DNA of 63,996 bases, counting the filler, from Candidatus Hydrogenedentota bacterium (GTDB lineage: Bacteria > JBFMHD01), in the NCBI GenBank assembly GCA_040752395.1. It is 13 parts of 13 records of this genome, joined end to end, with 100 filler letters (N's around TTAATTAATTAA, not from the genome) between each part and the next. Parts side by side here need not be neighbours in the genome. Positions count along the whole stretch, not along the records: positions 31,119 to 34,994 come from JBFMHD010000240.1; positions 35,095 to 38,924 come from JBFMHD010000241.1; positions 39,025 to 42,851 come from JBFMHD010000242.1; 10 more parts are not named here. One strand, 5' to 3'. The translations under genes and the position numbers were made by a program. Below, piece after piece: positions 31,119 to 41,044 of this stretch. Under the pieces are notes generated by a model, which was not told the origin of the DNA, did no database searches, and was given only the letters and a program-made list of their open reading frames with translations. Every line of letters begins with the position of its first letter. The stretch's first letter is position 1.

Positions 31119-31611
31119 CAGCAACGCGGGATATGAGTTTTAACACATCTATCATCTGTTTTGAGTTAGTTACTATTTCAGGGAATTTAACAGTCTCTTC
31201 TTTTTTTTCTTCTTCTTTTTCTTCTTTTTCTTCTTTTTCTTCAGCGAACCTTTTAATAATAGTGTCTACAATAAGCTCTATCTCTTCTGGTTTAAAAGGT
31301 TTATTTATATAATCGAAAGCGCCAAGTTTCATTGCTTCAACAGCGCTCTCAACGGTGCCATAAGCTGTTATAAGTACGACTTCTGTATAAGGAGATATCT
31401 CTTTTGATTTTTTTAATACTTCTAATCCATTCAAATACGGTAGTTTTAAATCTGTTATAAAAATCTCATAAAATTTTTCTTTAAGTTTTTTCAAGGCGGT
31501 ATAAGGTTCTGCGGTGCATTCTACATTAAGTAGTTTTCTTTTCAGGGTTTCTTCAAGGAAATCCCTCATTATAACTTCATCGTCAAGGATAAGAACAGAA
31601 GCTTGTTTCAT
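31119..31611 (-). CDS. NtrC-type response regulator (3' truncated)
   Basis: LILDDE, ITDLKLP, ITAYGTVESAVEAMKLGAFDYINKPF, start of sigma54-activator region. Confidence 0.88.
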
Positions 31612-31684
31612 AAATAGAACCTGTTCCGTAACTAGGTGGTTACAGGTGATATATAGAAGCAAGAAGCAAGATAAAGAAATCTGT

Positions 31685-33754
31685 CTAACCAGTGGTATAA
31701 AGTGTTATGTTAAAAATGGCTCCTTGCGGTTTAGCACGCTCATACCATAGTTTACCATTATGCTCTTCTATGATTTTCTTTGTTATTGATAAACCCAGTC
31801 CCAGTCCCTTGGGTTTTGTTGTAAAAAATGGATCCCAGATTTTATCAACGATATCATCTGCGATGCCGGGTCCATTATCTTTAACACTAACTATGACCTG
31901 ATTATCACTTGAGTTATGTTCAGTAGTAATAACAATAGTACCTCCTTCCTCAAGTGCTTCTACTGAATTTAAAACAAGATTTTGTATAACCTGTCTAATT
32001 CTTTCAGGGTCGACTGCAATTTTAAAATGTTCGTCTATTTTGTAATTTTTTTTAAGTTTTATACCTTTAGCAGTAATTTCATCCTCAATGTAAGTGATCG
32101 AATTATCAACAAGTGAATTAAGTGGTACTTCAATTTTAACAGGCTGGCTTCTGCTTGTAAAGAGCAGGAGTTGTTTTACGATTTTGTTAAGGCTATGGGC
32201 TCCCTCACTTATTTTTCTTGCAAGGTTTGCTTTGGTCGGGTCATCTTTTAAATCTCTTTCTAATAATGCTGCGAAACCCTCAATGCCGCCAAGCGGATTT
32301 CTTATCTCATGAGCAACGCCAGCAGCCATCTCGCCGAGTGTAGCAAGTATTCTCTTATTTTCAAGTTCTTCTTCTATTTCTTTTTGTTTTGAGATATCTC
32401 TAAAAACAAAGATCCAACCATTTTTATATTTACCTTCTGCCCTGAGTGTAGATACGGAGAGTTGCACAGGTATCAATTTCTTTTTATTATTTTTAAAATA
32501 TACCTCTTTTGAAAAAATTATGTTTTCTTTAAAAGAATCAAATATACTTTTTTTATCAATAGCTAACAACTTATAAAGATTTTCACCGAGTATTTCATGT
32601 TCATGAAATCCGAGTAACGAGGCGGCTGATGGATTAACGGTCTGAATAATACCATTCTCATCTATTGCGATCAGGCAGTAGGATATACTGTTCATAAGTA
32701 AATCTCTATAATTTTTCATTTCGAGAACCTGACTGTGCAGTTTAGCATTTTCAAGAGTAATCTCAATCTCATTTATTATTATGTTAAAAAGCTCAAAATC
32801 ATCATCAGTAAATAAATCTGCTCCGCTTTTATTAGCTACAATAAGCACTATCCTCATTTCTTCGATATCCAGTAAAACAGACATTAAGGATCTAATAATT
32901 TTTTTTGCTTTTTTATGGTCATAAAATTTTTCGTATCTATCAAACCTTTTAATTATCATTGGTCGACGATTAGCCTCAGCCCAATCAATGATACTAATAT
33001 CACCTTCTTTGTGCAGCAATTCATAAAGCGTAAATTTAGAAGGATTATGTTCAATAAATGGTTGATACCCTTTCTCTTTTTCATCATATATGTATATTCC
33101 ACCATACTGAGCATTCAATATAGACATAGTTATATCTAATATCAGTGAAAGTATCCTGTTTTTTTCAAGCGTGGCTTTTAATAATTTGCTTATTTCATTC
33201 AACGTTGACATTTTTGAGACACGCTGAAAAATAGCGCCTTCTGTCCGTTTTTTATGCTCGCTTAAGAAACCTATCATTAAGGACAAAATAAAAAGAATTA
33301 TCCATCTGCTTGTTACGGTTTGAAGTTCTGCTGAATTATTAGTATCTGCAAAAGAAAGATAAGCAAAAAAAAGTAACATCGTAACCCCCAAACTGCCAGA
33401 TAAACCGTAGTTGATAGCACCGGTGAATATAACAATATAATAGACAAAAAAGAACTGGCTGTTAACCCCTCCTGTATAAGCTATAAGGAACTGACTCAGT
33501 ATAAGATAAATACTGATAAGTAAAAGGGTTGCTACATTACGCGGGATGACTGTTTTAATCCACGGGTCTATTAACCAGAATATACTTGAGGCTATTACAA
33601 AAAATATTATATGGAAGAGTTTTATATCTCCTGTAACTGCAGCAAGTATCACAAATAAAGCGAATACGGATAAAAATAAAGGTATGAATAAGGAGAAACC
33701 CCAGACCTCTCTGTTATGTTTTTTAATTTGCTCTAAGATGTTTCTAATTTTCAT
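31685..33754 (-). CDS. Membrane sensor histidine kinase (TM-GAF-PAS-HisKA-HATPase)
   Basis: LGEMAAGVAHEIRNPL, NLVLN, DNGPG, PFFTTK..GLGLGL. Confidence 0.93.
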   Translation of the reverse strand: MKIRNILEQIKKHNREVWGFSLFIPLFLSVFALFVILAAVTGDIKLFHIIFFVIASSIFWLIDPWIKTVIPRNVATLLLISIYLILSQFLIAYTGGVNSQFFFVYYIVIFTGAINYGLSGSLGVTMLLFFAYLSFADTNNSAELQTVTSRWIILFILSLMIGFLSEHKKRTEGAIFQRVSKMSTLNEISKLLKATLEKNRILSLILDITMSILNAQYGGIYIYDEKEKGYQPFIEHNPSKFTLYELLHKEGDISIIDWAEANRRPMIIKRFDRYEKFYDHKKAKKIIRSLMSVLLDIEEMRIVLIVANKSGADLFTDDDFELFNIIINEIEITLENAKLHSQVLEMKNYRDLLMNSISYCLIAIDENGIIQTVNPSAASLLGFHEHEILGENLYKLLAIDKKSIFDSFKENIIFSKEVYFKNNKKKLIPVQLSVSTLRAEGKYKNGWIFVFRDISKQKEIEEELENKRILATLGEMAAGVAHEIRNPLGGIEGFAALLERDLKDDPTKANLARKISEGAHSLNKIVKQLLLFTSRSQPVKIEVPLNSLVDNSITYIEDEITAKGIKLKKNYKIDEHFKIAVDPERIRQVIQNLVLNSVEALEEGGTIVITTEHNSSDNQVIVSVKDNGPGIADDIVDKIWDPFFTTKPKGLGLGLSITKKIIEEHNGKLWYERAKPQGAIFNITLYTTG

Positions 33755-34668
33755 TAATTCCCATACTCTTTTAATATTTTTTCAGCTTCTCTTACAACAT
33801 CATAATCTTTATCCTGCGCTTCATCATAACCTTCAATATTTTCACCGAGCGATTTTAAAATATTTTTACCCTCTGGAATTTTATCGAGTTTAAGTAAAGC
33901 ATTTTTTAATTTTTCTACAAGTTCTTTATTATTTTTAAGTAAATCCTCACGAATTAGGTATGGTTCATTTGGTATATCCGGTGTTTTTGCTATTATGGTA
34001 AGTTCTTCGACTTTTGACAGATTACTTTTAAACACAGTTTTTCTTGCATCATCGTAACAGGCACCTACATCGTATTCGCCTCTATGAACATTTAAGACGA
34101 CGTTGTCATGTTCACCGGCAAAAAACACTTTAAAATCTTTATTTGGTATTAACCCATGTTGTATCAAAAAAACTTTGGGGAATGAATAACCTGATGTAGA
34201 TTTCGGATCAGAAAACGCGAATTTTTTCCCCTTTATATCTTCGATCTTTTTAATTCTGCTATCAAACCGAGTTATTATTATACTTCGATAAAAAGAGCTC
34301 CCAAATCTCCTCGGTTTAAGCATCGCGATATACGGTGCTCCCTGGTCCCTTGCCTCAACATATGCCTTGGGCCCTACAATAACCATATCATAAGCTCCTT
34401 CTTTCATTTTCTCAATAATACCTGTATAATCAGGCCTGAACTTTAACTTTATTGTTTTACCTATCTCATCCTTTAGATAATCACAAAGTGGTTTAAATCT
34501 CTGCGCTACTTTAATAACATTAGCTGATGGCACATGCCCAATTATAAATACATCCTCTTCTTTTTCTTTATGTTCAAGGTCATCCATTGTCAATTCGGTT
34601 TCAAGCCTGCCCTTACCACAGGATAAAACAAACAAAAATATTAGAACCACCACTAATAGCTTTCGCAT
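33754..34668 (-). CDS. PhnD-like phosphate/phosphonate-binding lipoprotein (start ATG 34668)
   Basis: Lipobox VLSC; FAFSDPKSTSGY.FP, GEHD.V...V, IPNEP. Confidence 0.85.
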   Translation of the reverse strand: MRKLLVVVLIFLFVLSCGKGRLETELTMDDLEHKEKEEDVFIIGHVPSANVIKVAQRFKPLCDYLKDEIGKTIKLKFRPDYTGIIEKMKEGAYDMVIVGPKAYVEARDQGAPYIAMLKPRRFGSSFYRSIIITRFDSRIKKIEDIKGKKFAFSDPKSTSGYSFPKVFLIQHGLIPNKDFKVFFAGEHDNVVLNVHRGEYDVGACYDDARKTVFKSNLSKVEELTIIAKTPDIPNEPYLIREDLLKNNKELVEKLKNALLKLDKIPEGKNILKSLGENIEGYDEAQDKDYDVVREAEKILKEYGN

Positions 34669-34890
34669 AGAAACCTCCTCTGAAAAACGTTGTAACTCTA
34701 ATAATATCAAATAGAAGCAAGAGGCAAGATAACGGAAAAGAAAGATAACGGAAGAAGCAAGAAACAAGAGGCACAGAGGCACAAAGGCACAAAGTATGAA
34801 AAACTAAGGATGATATGTTGGCTTCAGGCTACGGGCTACGGACTACAGTCCGCTGGAGCCCGAAGCTTGCTGAAAAGTCTTGAGTCTTCA
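34669..34890 (-). repeat. Mosaic element (D-E, inverted C, F-G)
   Basis: G module ends GAGGAGG before ATG 34668; module C lies on the opposite strand. Confidence 0.85.
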
Positions 34891-34921
34891 CTATCTTTTC
34901 ATTTAGTTTATACCTTTGTAC

Positions 34922-34994
34922 CTAATCGCCTTTCACAAGTTTCTCGAATTCATCAGGACGTTGTGCCTTTCTTATCGCATCCTGATACGAAACC
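34922..34994 (-). CDS. C-terminal end of an upstream gene, possibly PilT-like
   Basis: VSYQDAIRKAQRPDEFEKLVKGD* at the contig edge. Confidence 0.3.
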
Positions 34995-35094
34995 NNNNNN
35001 NNNNNNNNNNNNNNNNNNNNNNNNNNNNNNNNNNNNNNTTAATTAATTAANNNNNNNNNNNNNNNNNNNNNNNNNNNNNNNNNNNNNNNNNNNN

Positions 35095-35370
35095 AAAAAC
35101 AGGGATGGAGAAGATATAGTTTTAGTGATAGAGGTAAAAAGTAATTTAACAATAAGGGAAGTAAATAAAATCGAGGAGGCACTAAGTCAATTCATAGAAT
35201 TTTTTCCAGAATATAGGGGTAAGAAGGTGATAGGAGTTGCGAGCGGGATAAGATTTGAGAAAGGTGCGGGGAGATATGCAGAGGAGCAGGGTTTATATGT
35301 ATTGGCGCCGTCAGGTGAGGATATAAGGATATTGAATAGTCGTGATTTTAAACCAAAGATATGGGAATAG
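35095..35370 (+). CDS. C-terminus of a PD-(D/E)XK (DUF3782-like) protein, 5' truncated
   Basis: VIEVKS.L...FFPEY.GKKVIG.......YAEEQGLYVL..SGE. Confidence 0.65.
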   Translation, partial: KNRDGEDIVLVIEVKSNLTIREVNKIEEALSQFIEFFPEYRGKKVIGVASGIRFEKGAGRYAEEQGLYVLAPSGEDIRILNSRDFKPKIWE

Positions 35371-35438
35371 TGTTGAGGAGTTGAAGAGTTAAGAAACTCC
35401 TGAACACCTGAACCCTTGAACTTATGAACTTATACAAG

Positions 35439-35512
35439 GGGCGATTAGTTCAGGTGGCGAGAACGCTTCCCTTACAAGGAAGAGGTCGCTGGTTCAAGTC
35501 CAGCATCGCCCA
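35439..35512 (+). tRNA. tRNA-Val(TAC), CCA not encoded
   Basis: gggcgat/atcgccc acceptor stem; cttcc-ctTACaa-ggaag; ggttcaagtcc T arm. Confidence 0.93.
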
Positions 35513-35567
35513 TAAATTAGAAGCAAGAAGCAAGATAAAGAAAAAGAAGCAAAAGGAAAGAAAAATT

Positions 35568-36566
35568 ATGATATTGAAAGATTCAAAGATTCAAAGATTC
35601 TCTGATACTTGTTACTTCTCACTTCTTACTTTCTTAATGATACTTCTCACTTCTTACTTCTTACTTCTTACTTACCTTCATGCAGAAAACAAAACCTACA
35701 AAGACCAGATATTTGCTATCGTTAATAATAATGCTATAACCCTATATGAAATTAAAAGTCTTATCGATGAGTATAAAAAGAAAAATCCGCTTATTAAGAG
35801 GGAACAGCTTGATGATATTAAAGAGAGATATTTAAAACGTAAAATAGAGGATTTACTGATCCTTGATGCAGCTAAAGAAGAGGGGTTTGTTGCTTCAACT
35901 GAAGAGATTAATTTTTATGTTGATGAGAGATTAAATGAATTAAAAAAGAGTTTCAAAACAGAGGAAGATTTCAAGAAAGCATTAGCTAAAGAAAATCTCA
36001 CAGAAGCTGAACTGAGAAAAAAATTAGGTAAAGATATGGTGAATGAGATCTTAAGAAAGAAGATTATTAATAAAGAGGTGGTCGCAAAAATAATTATCAA
36101 AGATGAAGATGTTGATAATTATTATAAATGGGTAAACAATGAGGTTACTCTGAGAAATATTTTTGTTCCCCAGAGGACTATAGCCGAGGACATTCTTAAT
36201 AAAATAAGTTCAGGTGAAGAGTTTGCAAAACTTGTTAAAGAGTTTTCACAATCACCCGATGTGGAAAGCGGCGGGCTGATGAAGAAAGTTAAGATTAAGG
36301 ATTTAAATCCTTATTTGAGGCAGGCTATTATTGATTTAAAAGAAGGAGATTATAGTAGCATTATTGAAAGCGAGAACGGATATCATATAATTAGAGTTGA
36401 GGGTATAGAAAAATCAGGTGAACTCCCTTCACTTGATGAAGAAGCAAAGAAAAATATAAGAAACCTGATTTTTCAAGACAGGCTTGCTAAAGAACTCGAA
36501 ACGTGGATAAAATCCCTTTTTGATGATGCCTTTATAGAAATACGTGATTATTTGTTAAATGAGTAA
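35568..36566 (+). CDS. surA: SurA-like periplasmic chaperone/parvulin PPIase (start likely ATG 35568)
   Basis: DQIFAIVNNNAIT, F..L.KEFS..P...SGG, S.IIES.NGYHIIRV; surA-pdxA-rsmA synteny. Confidence 0.8.
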   Translation: MILKDSKIQRFSDTCYFSLLTFLMILLTSYFLLLTYLHAENKTYKDQIFAIVNNNAITLYEIKSLIDEYKKKNPLIKREQLDDIKERYLKRKIEDLLILDAAKEEGFVASTEEINFYVDERLNELKKSFKTEEDFKKALAKENLTEAELRKKLGKDMVNEILRKKIINKEVVAKIIIKDEDVDNYYKWVNNEVTLRNIFVPQRTIAEDILNKISSGEEFAKLVKEFSQSPDVESGGLMKKVKIKDLNPYLRQAIIDLKEGDYSSIIESENGYHIIRVEGIEKSGELPSLDEEAKKNIRNLIFQDRLAKELETWIKSLFDDAFIEIRDYLLNE

Positions 36567-36639
36567 ATGAAGAGATGATATGAAAAGAGTCGTGAGTCAA
36601 AACAGGACTCGAGACTCAAGACTTTTCATAGGAGACATT

Positions 36640-37017
36640 ATGAAAGAGGCATTAAGGTATCTGGATAATGCAAAACAGATATTAAAAACCGTCAAGATTG
36701 AGAGTAATATTTATACTGATAAAAAACCTGTTAGAGAGGCGTTTGCTACAGCATATCTTGCTATCCTTGAAGCGATTAATGAATACTTGATAACTAAAAA
36801 AGGATTTACAGAAAAAGAATTACCAAGATCGGTTGATGTATACCGTGAAGTACTGAAAAAATATATTTCAGTGCATGATGGAAAACTAATGCGAGAGTTT
36901 AATAACCTGTATGATGCACTTCATATAGCTGGCTATTATCGTGGTTTAATATATGAGGTAAGTGCAGTGAAAGACTATTTCAAAGCTGCAAAACATTTTA
37001 TTGAACGAATAAATTAG
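36640..37017 (+). CDS. HEPN-like (DUF5618-type) protein inserted between surA and pdxA; preceded by C-D repeat modules at 36570-36635
   Basis: EALRYLDNAK..L...YTDKKPV..A...AYLAILEA...YDALHIAGYYRG. Confidence 0.65.
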   Translation: MKEALRYLDNAKQILKTVKIESNIYTDKKPVREAFATAYLAILEAINEYLITKKGFTEKELPRSVDVYREVLKKYISVHDGKLMREFNNLYDALHIAGYYRGLIYEVSAVKDYFKAAKHFIERIN

Positions 37018-37027
37018 TTGGGGGAGA

Positions 37028-38020
37028 ATGAGTAAAAGATTAATTAAACCGGTTTGCATCTCAATTGGAGACGTCGCAGGTATATCACCTGAAATAATTG
37101 TAAAATATTTCAATAACAAAAAAAAATTTAACCCGGTGATTATACCAACACCTTATATAGTATTTCAGAAGATTACAGGGAAGATACCTGCGAGATTTGA
37201 AATGAAAATAATAGATAGACTGCCACGTGAGCTTGATGAAAATGTTGTTTATATCCTTCACATAGATAGCAGCATAGAAAAAAATGAAGTAAGTGAAGGA
37301 AAACTTACTGAAAACGTAGCAAGACTCGCAGTGGATAGTTTGAAAAAAGGCATAGAATTAAATTTAAACAATGTCTGTTCTGGTTTATTAACTATGCCTG
37401 TCGATAAACGGGCCTTTTTATTCTCAGGCGAGAGGTTTGAAGGCCATACAGAATTCTTAAAAGAATATACACATACTAATTTTGTCACAATGCTTTTATG
37501 GTCAAGAAGAATAAAAGTTGTTCCGATGACAAGACATATCCCCCTAAAAGATATCGCTAAAAACATCAATGTCGCTGATTTGGATAAAGTATGTTTTCAA
37601 TTAAGAAGGTTTTATAAAAAAATAAATAAAAATAGAGAACCAAAAATAGCAGTGCTTTCTCTTAATCCTCACAACGGTGAGGAAGGGATGTGTGGTGATG
37701 AAGAGTTTGAGATTAACCATCAATTGAAAATATTAAAAGAAGAATATATTATTGAAGGGACATTTTCTCCAGATGGTTTCTTTGGAAGAAAGAGGTATAG
37801 AGAATTTGATTTTATCATAGGCTGGTATCATGACCAGGTACTTATCCCCTTCAAGCTTCTAACAATGAATAAAGGCGTGAATGTAACATTGGGAATCCCT
37901 TTTTTGCGAGTCTCGGTTGATCACGGATCAGCATACAATATCGCAAAACTTTATAAAGCAAATATAAATAGCTTTGTATATGCAATGAAATTTATTGAAA
38001 AATATGGCGGTAAGTGGTAA
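37028..38020 (+). CDS. pdxA: 4-hydroxythreonine-4-phosphate dehydrogenase
   Basis: GDVAGISPEI, GHTEFL, LNPHNGE, YHDQVLIPFK, RVSVDHGSA. Confidence 0.92.
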   Translation: MSKRLIKPVCISIGDVAGISPEIIVKYFNNKKKFNPVIIPTPYIVFQKITGKIPARFEMKIIDRLPRELDENVVYILHIDSSIEKNEVSEGKLTENVARLAVDSLKKGIELNLNNVCSGLLTMPVDKRAFLFSGERFEGHTEFLKEYTHTNFVTMLLWSRRIKVVPMTRHIPLKDIAKNINVADLDKVCFQLRRFYKKINKNREPKIAVLSLNPHNGEEGMCGDEEFEINHQLKILKEEYIIEGTFSPDGFFGRKRYREFDFIIGWYHDQVLIPFKLLTMNKGVNVTLGIPFLRVSVDHGSAYNIAKLYKANINSFVYAMKFIEKYGGKW

Positions 38021-38809
38021 TTGGGTTTTATGAGAAGAAATAATCGGGGTCAGCATATCTTAATAGAGAAAAATATTTTTCAGAATATTATTGAGTTACT
38101 ACCAACTAAATATTCTGAAATTATTGAGATAGGACCAGGACCGGGAAACTTAACAGAACTTCTGTGTAAAACAGGAAGACCAGTTATAGCTATCGAAATT
38201 GATAAAAAATATAAAAAGAGACTCGACAATTTACCATATCCTAATCTCAGTATTATTTACGAGGATGTTTTAAGATTACTAAAAAATAATAGATTCCCTT
38301 CAAAAGAGAATAGTATTATTGCAGGGAACCTGCCTTATTACATTACAAAAGAGATATTCAGATGGCTATTTTCTTATAGTGTAAAATGGTATCAGGCAAT
38401 ATTAATGGTTCAGAAAGAGGTCGCTCTCAGGCTGATGGCAAAACCCGGTAATAGAGATTATGGGATTTTAACAATATTCAGGGAGATATTTGCTGCTGGA
38501 AAAATGATAAAGATTATTAAACCACAGGCTTTCAGACCCCAGCCACGGGTAGACTCTGCTATTATATGGCTCGAAAAAAGAGAAAAACCATTAATTGAAG
38601 AAAAAAATATCAAGAAGTTCTCGTATTTTATTAAAACCGCATTTGCTGAAAGAAGAAAAATTATTCTTAATAATTTAGTAAAAATCGCAAATAAGGATGA
38701 AGTATTAAAGATTTTAGAAAAAAATGATATCGATATATTAAAAAGGCCCGAAAACCTTACAATAACTCAATATGTTCGATTATTTGATGAATTCATTAAT
38801 TATTTATAA
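38021..38809 (+). CDS. rsmA: 16S rRNA m6,2A dimethyltransferase
   Basis: GQHIL, EIGPGPGNLT, GNLPYYIT, MVQKEVALRL, F.PQP.VDSA. Confidence 0.95.
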   Translation: MGFMRRNNRGQHILIEKNIFQNIIELLPTKYSEIIEIGPGPGNLTELLCKTGRPVIAIEIDKKYKKRLDNLPYPNLSIIYEDVLRLLKNNRFPSKENSIIAGNLPYYITKEIFRWLFSYSVKWYQAILMVQKEVALRLMAKPGNRDYGILTIFREIFAAGKMIKIIKPQAFRPQPRVDSAIIWLEKREKPLIEEKNIKKFSYFIKTAFAERRKIILNNLVKIANKDEVLKILEKNDIDILKRPENLTITQYVRLFDEFINYL

Positions 38810-39024
38810 AATAAACAATAAATACCGATAATTTAATAAGTATCCCCATCAGTTTAAAGACCATCACTACTTTGTGCCTTTGTACCTTTGTGCCTTAAAT
38901 TGGTGGATTACATTTAATAATAGTNNNNNNNNNNNNNNNNNNNNNNNNNNNNNNNNNNNNNNNNNNNNTTAATTAATTAANNNNNNNNNNNNNNNNNNNN
39001 NNNNNNNNNNNNNNNNNNNNNNNN

Positions 39025-39197
39025 TTGCAAATCTCTGGCAGAGCCGAGTTACAAGCTTATACAATAATACTTTGTTTGACCCTATAGACAAAAATTATAC
39101 TGTTGGAACAATGAACTACTCGCAGAAATATGCGGATGCAGTATTTAATGAAGGTAGGGATGTAGCCTTAAATATTCTAATCAGATATATCAATTGA
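39025..39197 (+). CDS. C-terminal fragment of an unknown upstream gene
   Basis: Open frame from the contig edge: ANLWQSRVTSLYNN...ILIRYIN*. Confidence 0.4.
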
Positions 39198-39252
39198 ATT
39201 TTTAAAAGTTTGACAGTATTATTGTTGCTATATAGATTTAGAATTATATCTT

Positions 39253-41043
39253 ATGAGCATATTTATTACTAAAATATCACTATATTTAAAATTGATTAGC
39301 CGAATAATAAAATATAAGCAAAAATATATTTCAATTATAGTCATTTTTTTGATCGCTTTATTGGCAAGAATAGTATTCTTTATCTTTGAAAAAAATAGTC
39401 CTCTTTTTCTTTATCCTATTATTGATGAATTGGAATATTTGGAAAGAGCTCAATATTTAGCTAATAATAATTTTTCTTATCCAAAGGTTTACTGGCATCC
39501 ACCTTTATATCAATATTTTCTTGCTATATTAATGAAGATAGGATTAGAGAATAAATCAATTCTTATTATACAGAATATTATGGGTATTTTAGGCACGTTA
39601 ATACTCTATTTTTCACTAGAGAAAATAAATAAAAAAATTGGTTTTTATACATCTTTATTATGGAGCATATATCCTATTCAATTGTTTATTGAAAATAAAT
39701 TTTTAATGGAAAATATGTATATATTCCTACTTATATTATTTACCCATAACATTTTAAAAGAAAAACAAAACTATATGACCATATTATTTTCAGGGTTTCT
39801 ATCAAGTTTATTAATAATAACCAAACCTACTTTTATATTATTTATAATATTATACCTACTTTTTATGTTATTTAAGTTAAATTGTTATAATATAAAAAAG
39901 ATTATTATTTATATAAGTATTTCATTATTGTTACCTTTAATGGTTACTATTAAAAATTATTATACCTCAGGAGATAAAATAATTTTCGTTTCGAGTAATG
40001 GTGCAGTTAATTTATATATTGGAAATAGTAATAATATAAGAAAAACATTAAATATCAGGCCGAAAGACTGGTGGGATAACTTTTTCGTTCCTATATATAC
40101 ACAAGTTGGTTTAAAGGAACCAGAAGAACAGAATCCATATGAACTCGATGATTATTTTATTAAAAAAGTTATAAATGAAAATAAAAATTTAGAAACTTTT
40201 GCAAAAAATTTACTGATAAAATTTATTGTTTCATTTTTCAGTTATGAAACTCCCAGGAATTTTGATATTTATAGTTATCGAGAAGTTAATAATTATCTCA
40301 GATATTTAATATGGAAAAAGCCACTATATTTCCCACTGTCTCTTTTTATTTATTCGGCGTTTCTTTTTATGATTAAAAATAATTGGAGAAAGGATAATAT
40401 TAAAATTATATTCTTATTAACAATATCACATTGGTTACCATTAATAATATTTTTTAATGCTTTTAGATATAGATTAATTTGTGTACCTTATTTAATATTT
40501 TTAAGTATAAATTTTTATTATTTATATTGGAGAAATATGAACTGGCAGATTGTAAATATCATTTTAATTATTTTATTAGGTACAGGTATATTTAATAAAA
40601 TTCTTATTATACAATATATTTCCCCCGCGGAAACTTATAATTACTATGCCTTTGCATTATTTAAAAAAGGAGAATTAAATAGAGCTCTGAATTATTATAA
40701 TAGGGCTTTAAGGTATAATTTAGAAGAGGATGAAAGATATGCTATTTTGAATGATATGGCTAGTATATACTTTATTAAGAAAGATTATCATTCTGCAAAA
40801 AATAATTTAAATATATGTCTTAATACTAAAGATGAGCATTTAAAAAATAAAGTTTTATTCAATCTTGCTTTAATATATTTTAGGGAAAGTGAATATGTAA
40901 AAGCTTATCATTTGATATCAAAAATAGAAAAACCCGATAAAGAAGCTTTACAATTAAGAGGAGAATTAATTCAGAGAATTTTAACCTCAAGTAACTCTAC
41001 TGAACAACTTAAAAGTGATACCAACAGAAAGGGGGAAAATTAA
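39253..41043 (+). CDS. GT-C (ArnT/PMT-like) membrane glycosyltransferase with C-terminal TPRs
   Basis: PIIDELEY, HPPLYQYFLA, SSNGAVNLYIGN, FRYRL; many TMs; TPR tail. Confidence 0.8.
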   Translation: MSIFITKISLYLKLISRIIKYKQKYISIIVIFLIALLARIVFFIFEKNSPLFLYPIIDELEYLERAQYLANNNFSYPKVYWHPPLYQYFLAILMKIGLENKSILIIQNIMGILGTLILYFSLEKINKKIGFYTSLLWSIYPIQLFIENKFLMENMYIFLLILFTHNILKEKQNYMTILFSGFLSSLLIITKPTFILFIILYLLFMLFKLNCYNIKKIIIYISISLLLPLMVTIKNYYTSGDKIIFVSSNGAVNLYIGNSNNIRKTLNIRPKDWWDNFFVPIYTQVGLKEPEEQNPYELDDYFIKKVINENKNLETFAKNLLIKFIVSFFSYETPRNFDIYSYREVNNYLRYLIWKKPLYFPLSLFIYSAFLFMIKNNWRKDNIKIIFLLTISHWLPLIIFFNAFRYRLICVPYLIFLSINFYYLYWRNMNWQIVNIILIILLGTGIFNKILIIQYISPAETYNYYAFALFKKGELNRALNYYNRALRYNLEEDERYAILNDMASIYFIKKDYHSAKNNLNICLNTKDEHLKNKVLFNLALIYFRESEYVKAYHLISKIEKPDKEALQLRGELIQRILTSSNSTEQLKSDTNRKGEN

Positions 41044-41044
41044 A

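Noticed and set aside
31195-31245. Purine-rich low-complexity tract in the response regulator
   Set aside because: It encodes an in-frame Glu/Lys linker and is unrelated to the repeat modules.
3572-35046. ORFs 3572-3868, 12589-12804, 14067-14270, 16117-16395, 34810-35046 and the 5' extensions of surA, ilvB, frr and the PhnD-like gene
   Set aside because: They are translations of repeat modules or tRNAs, and better RBS-linked starts lie downstream.
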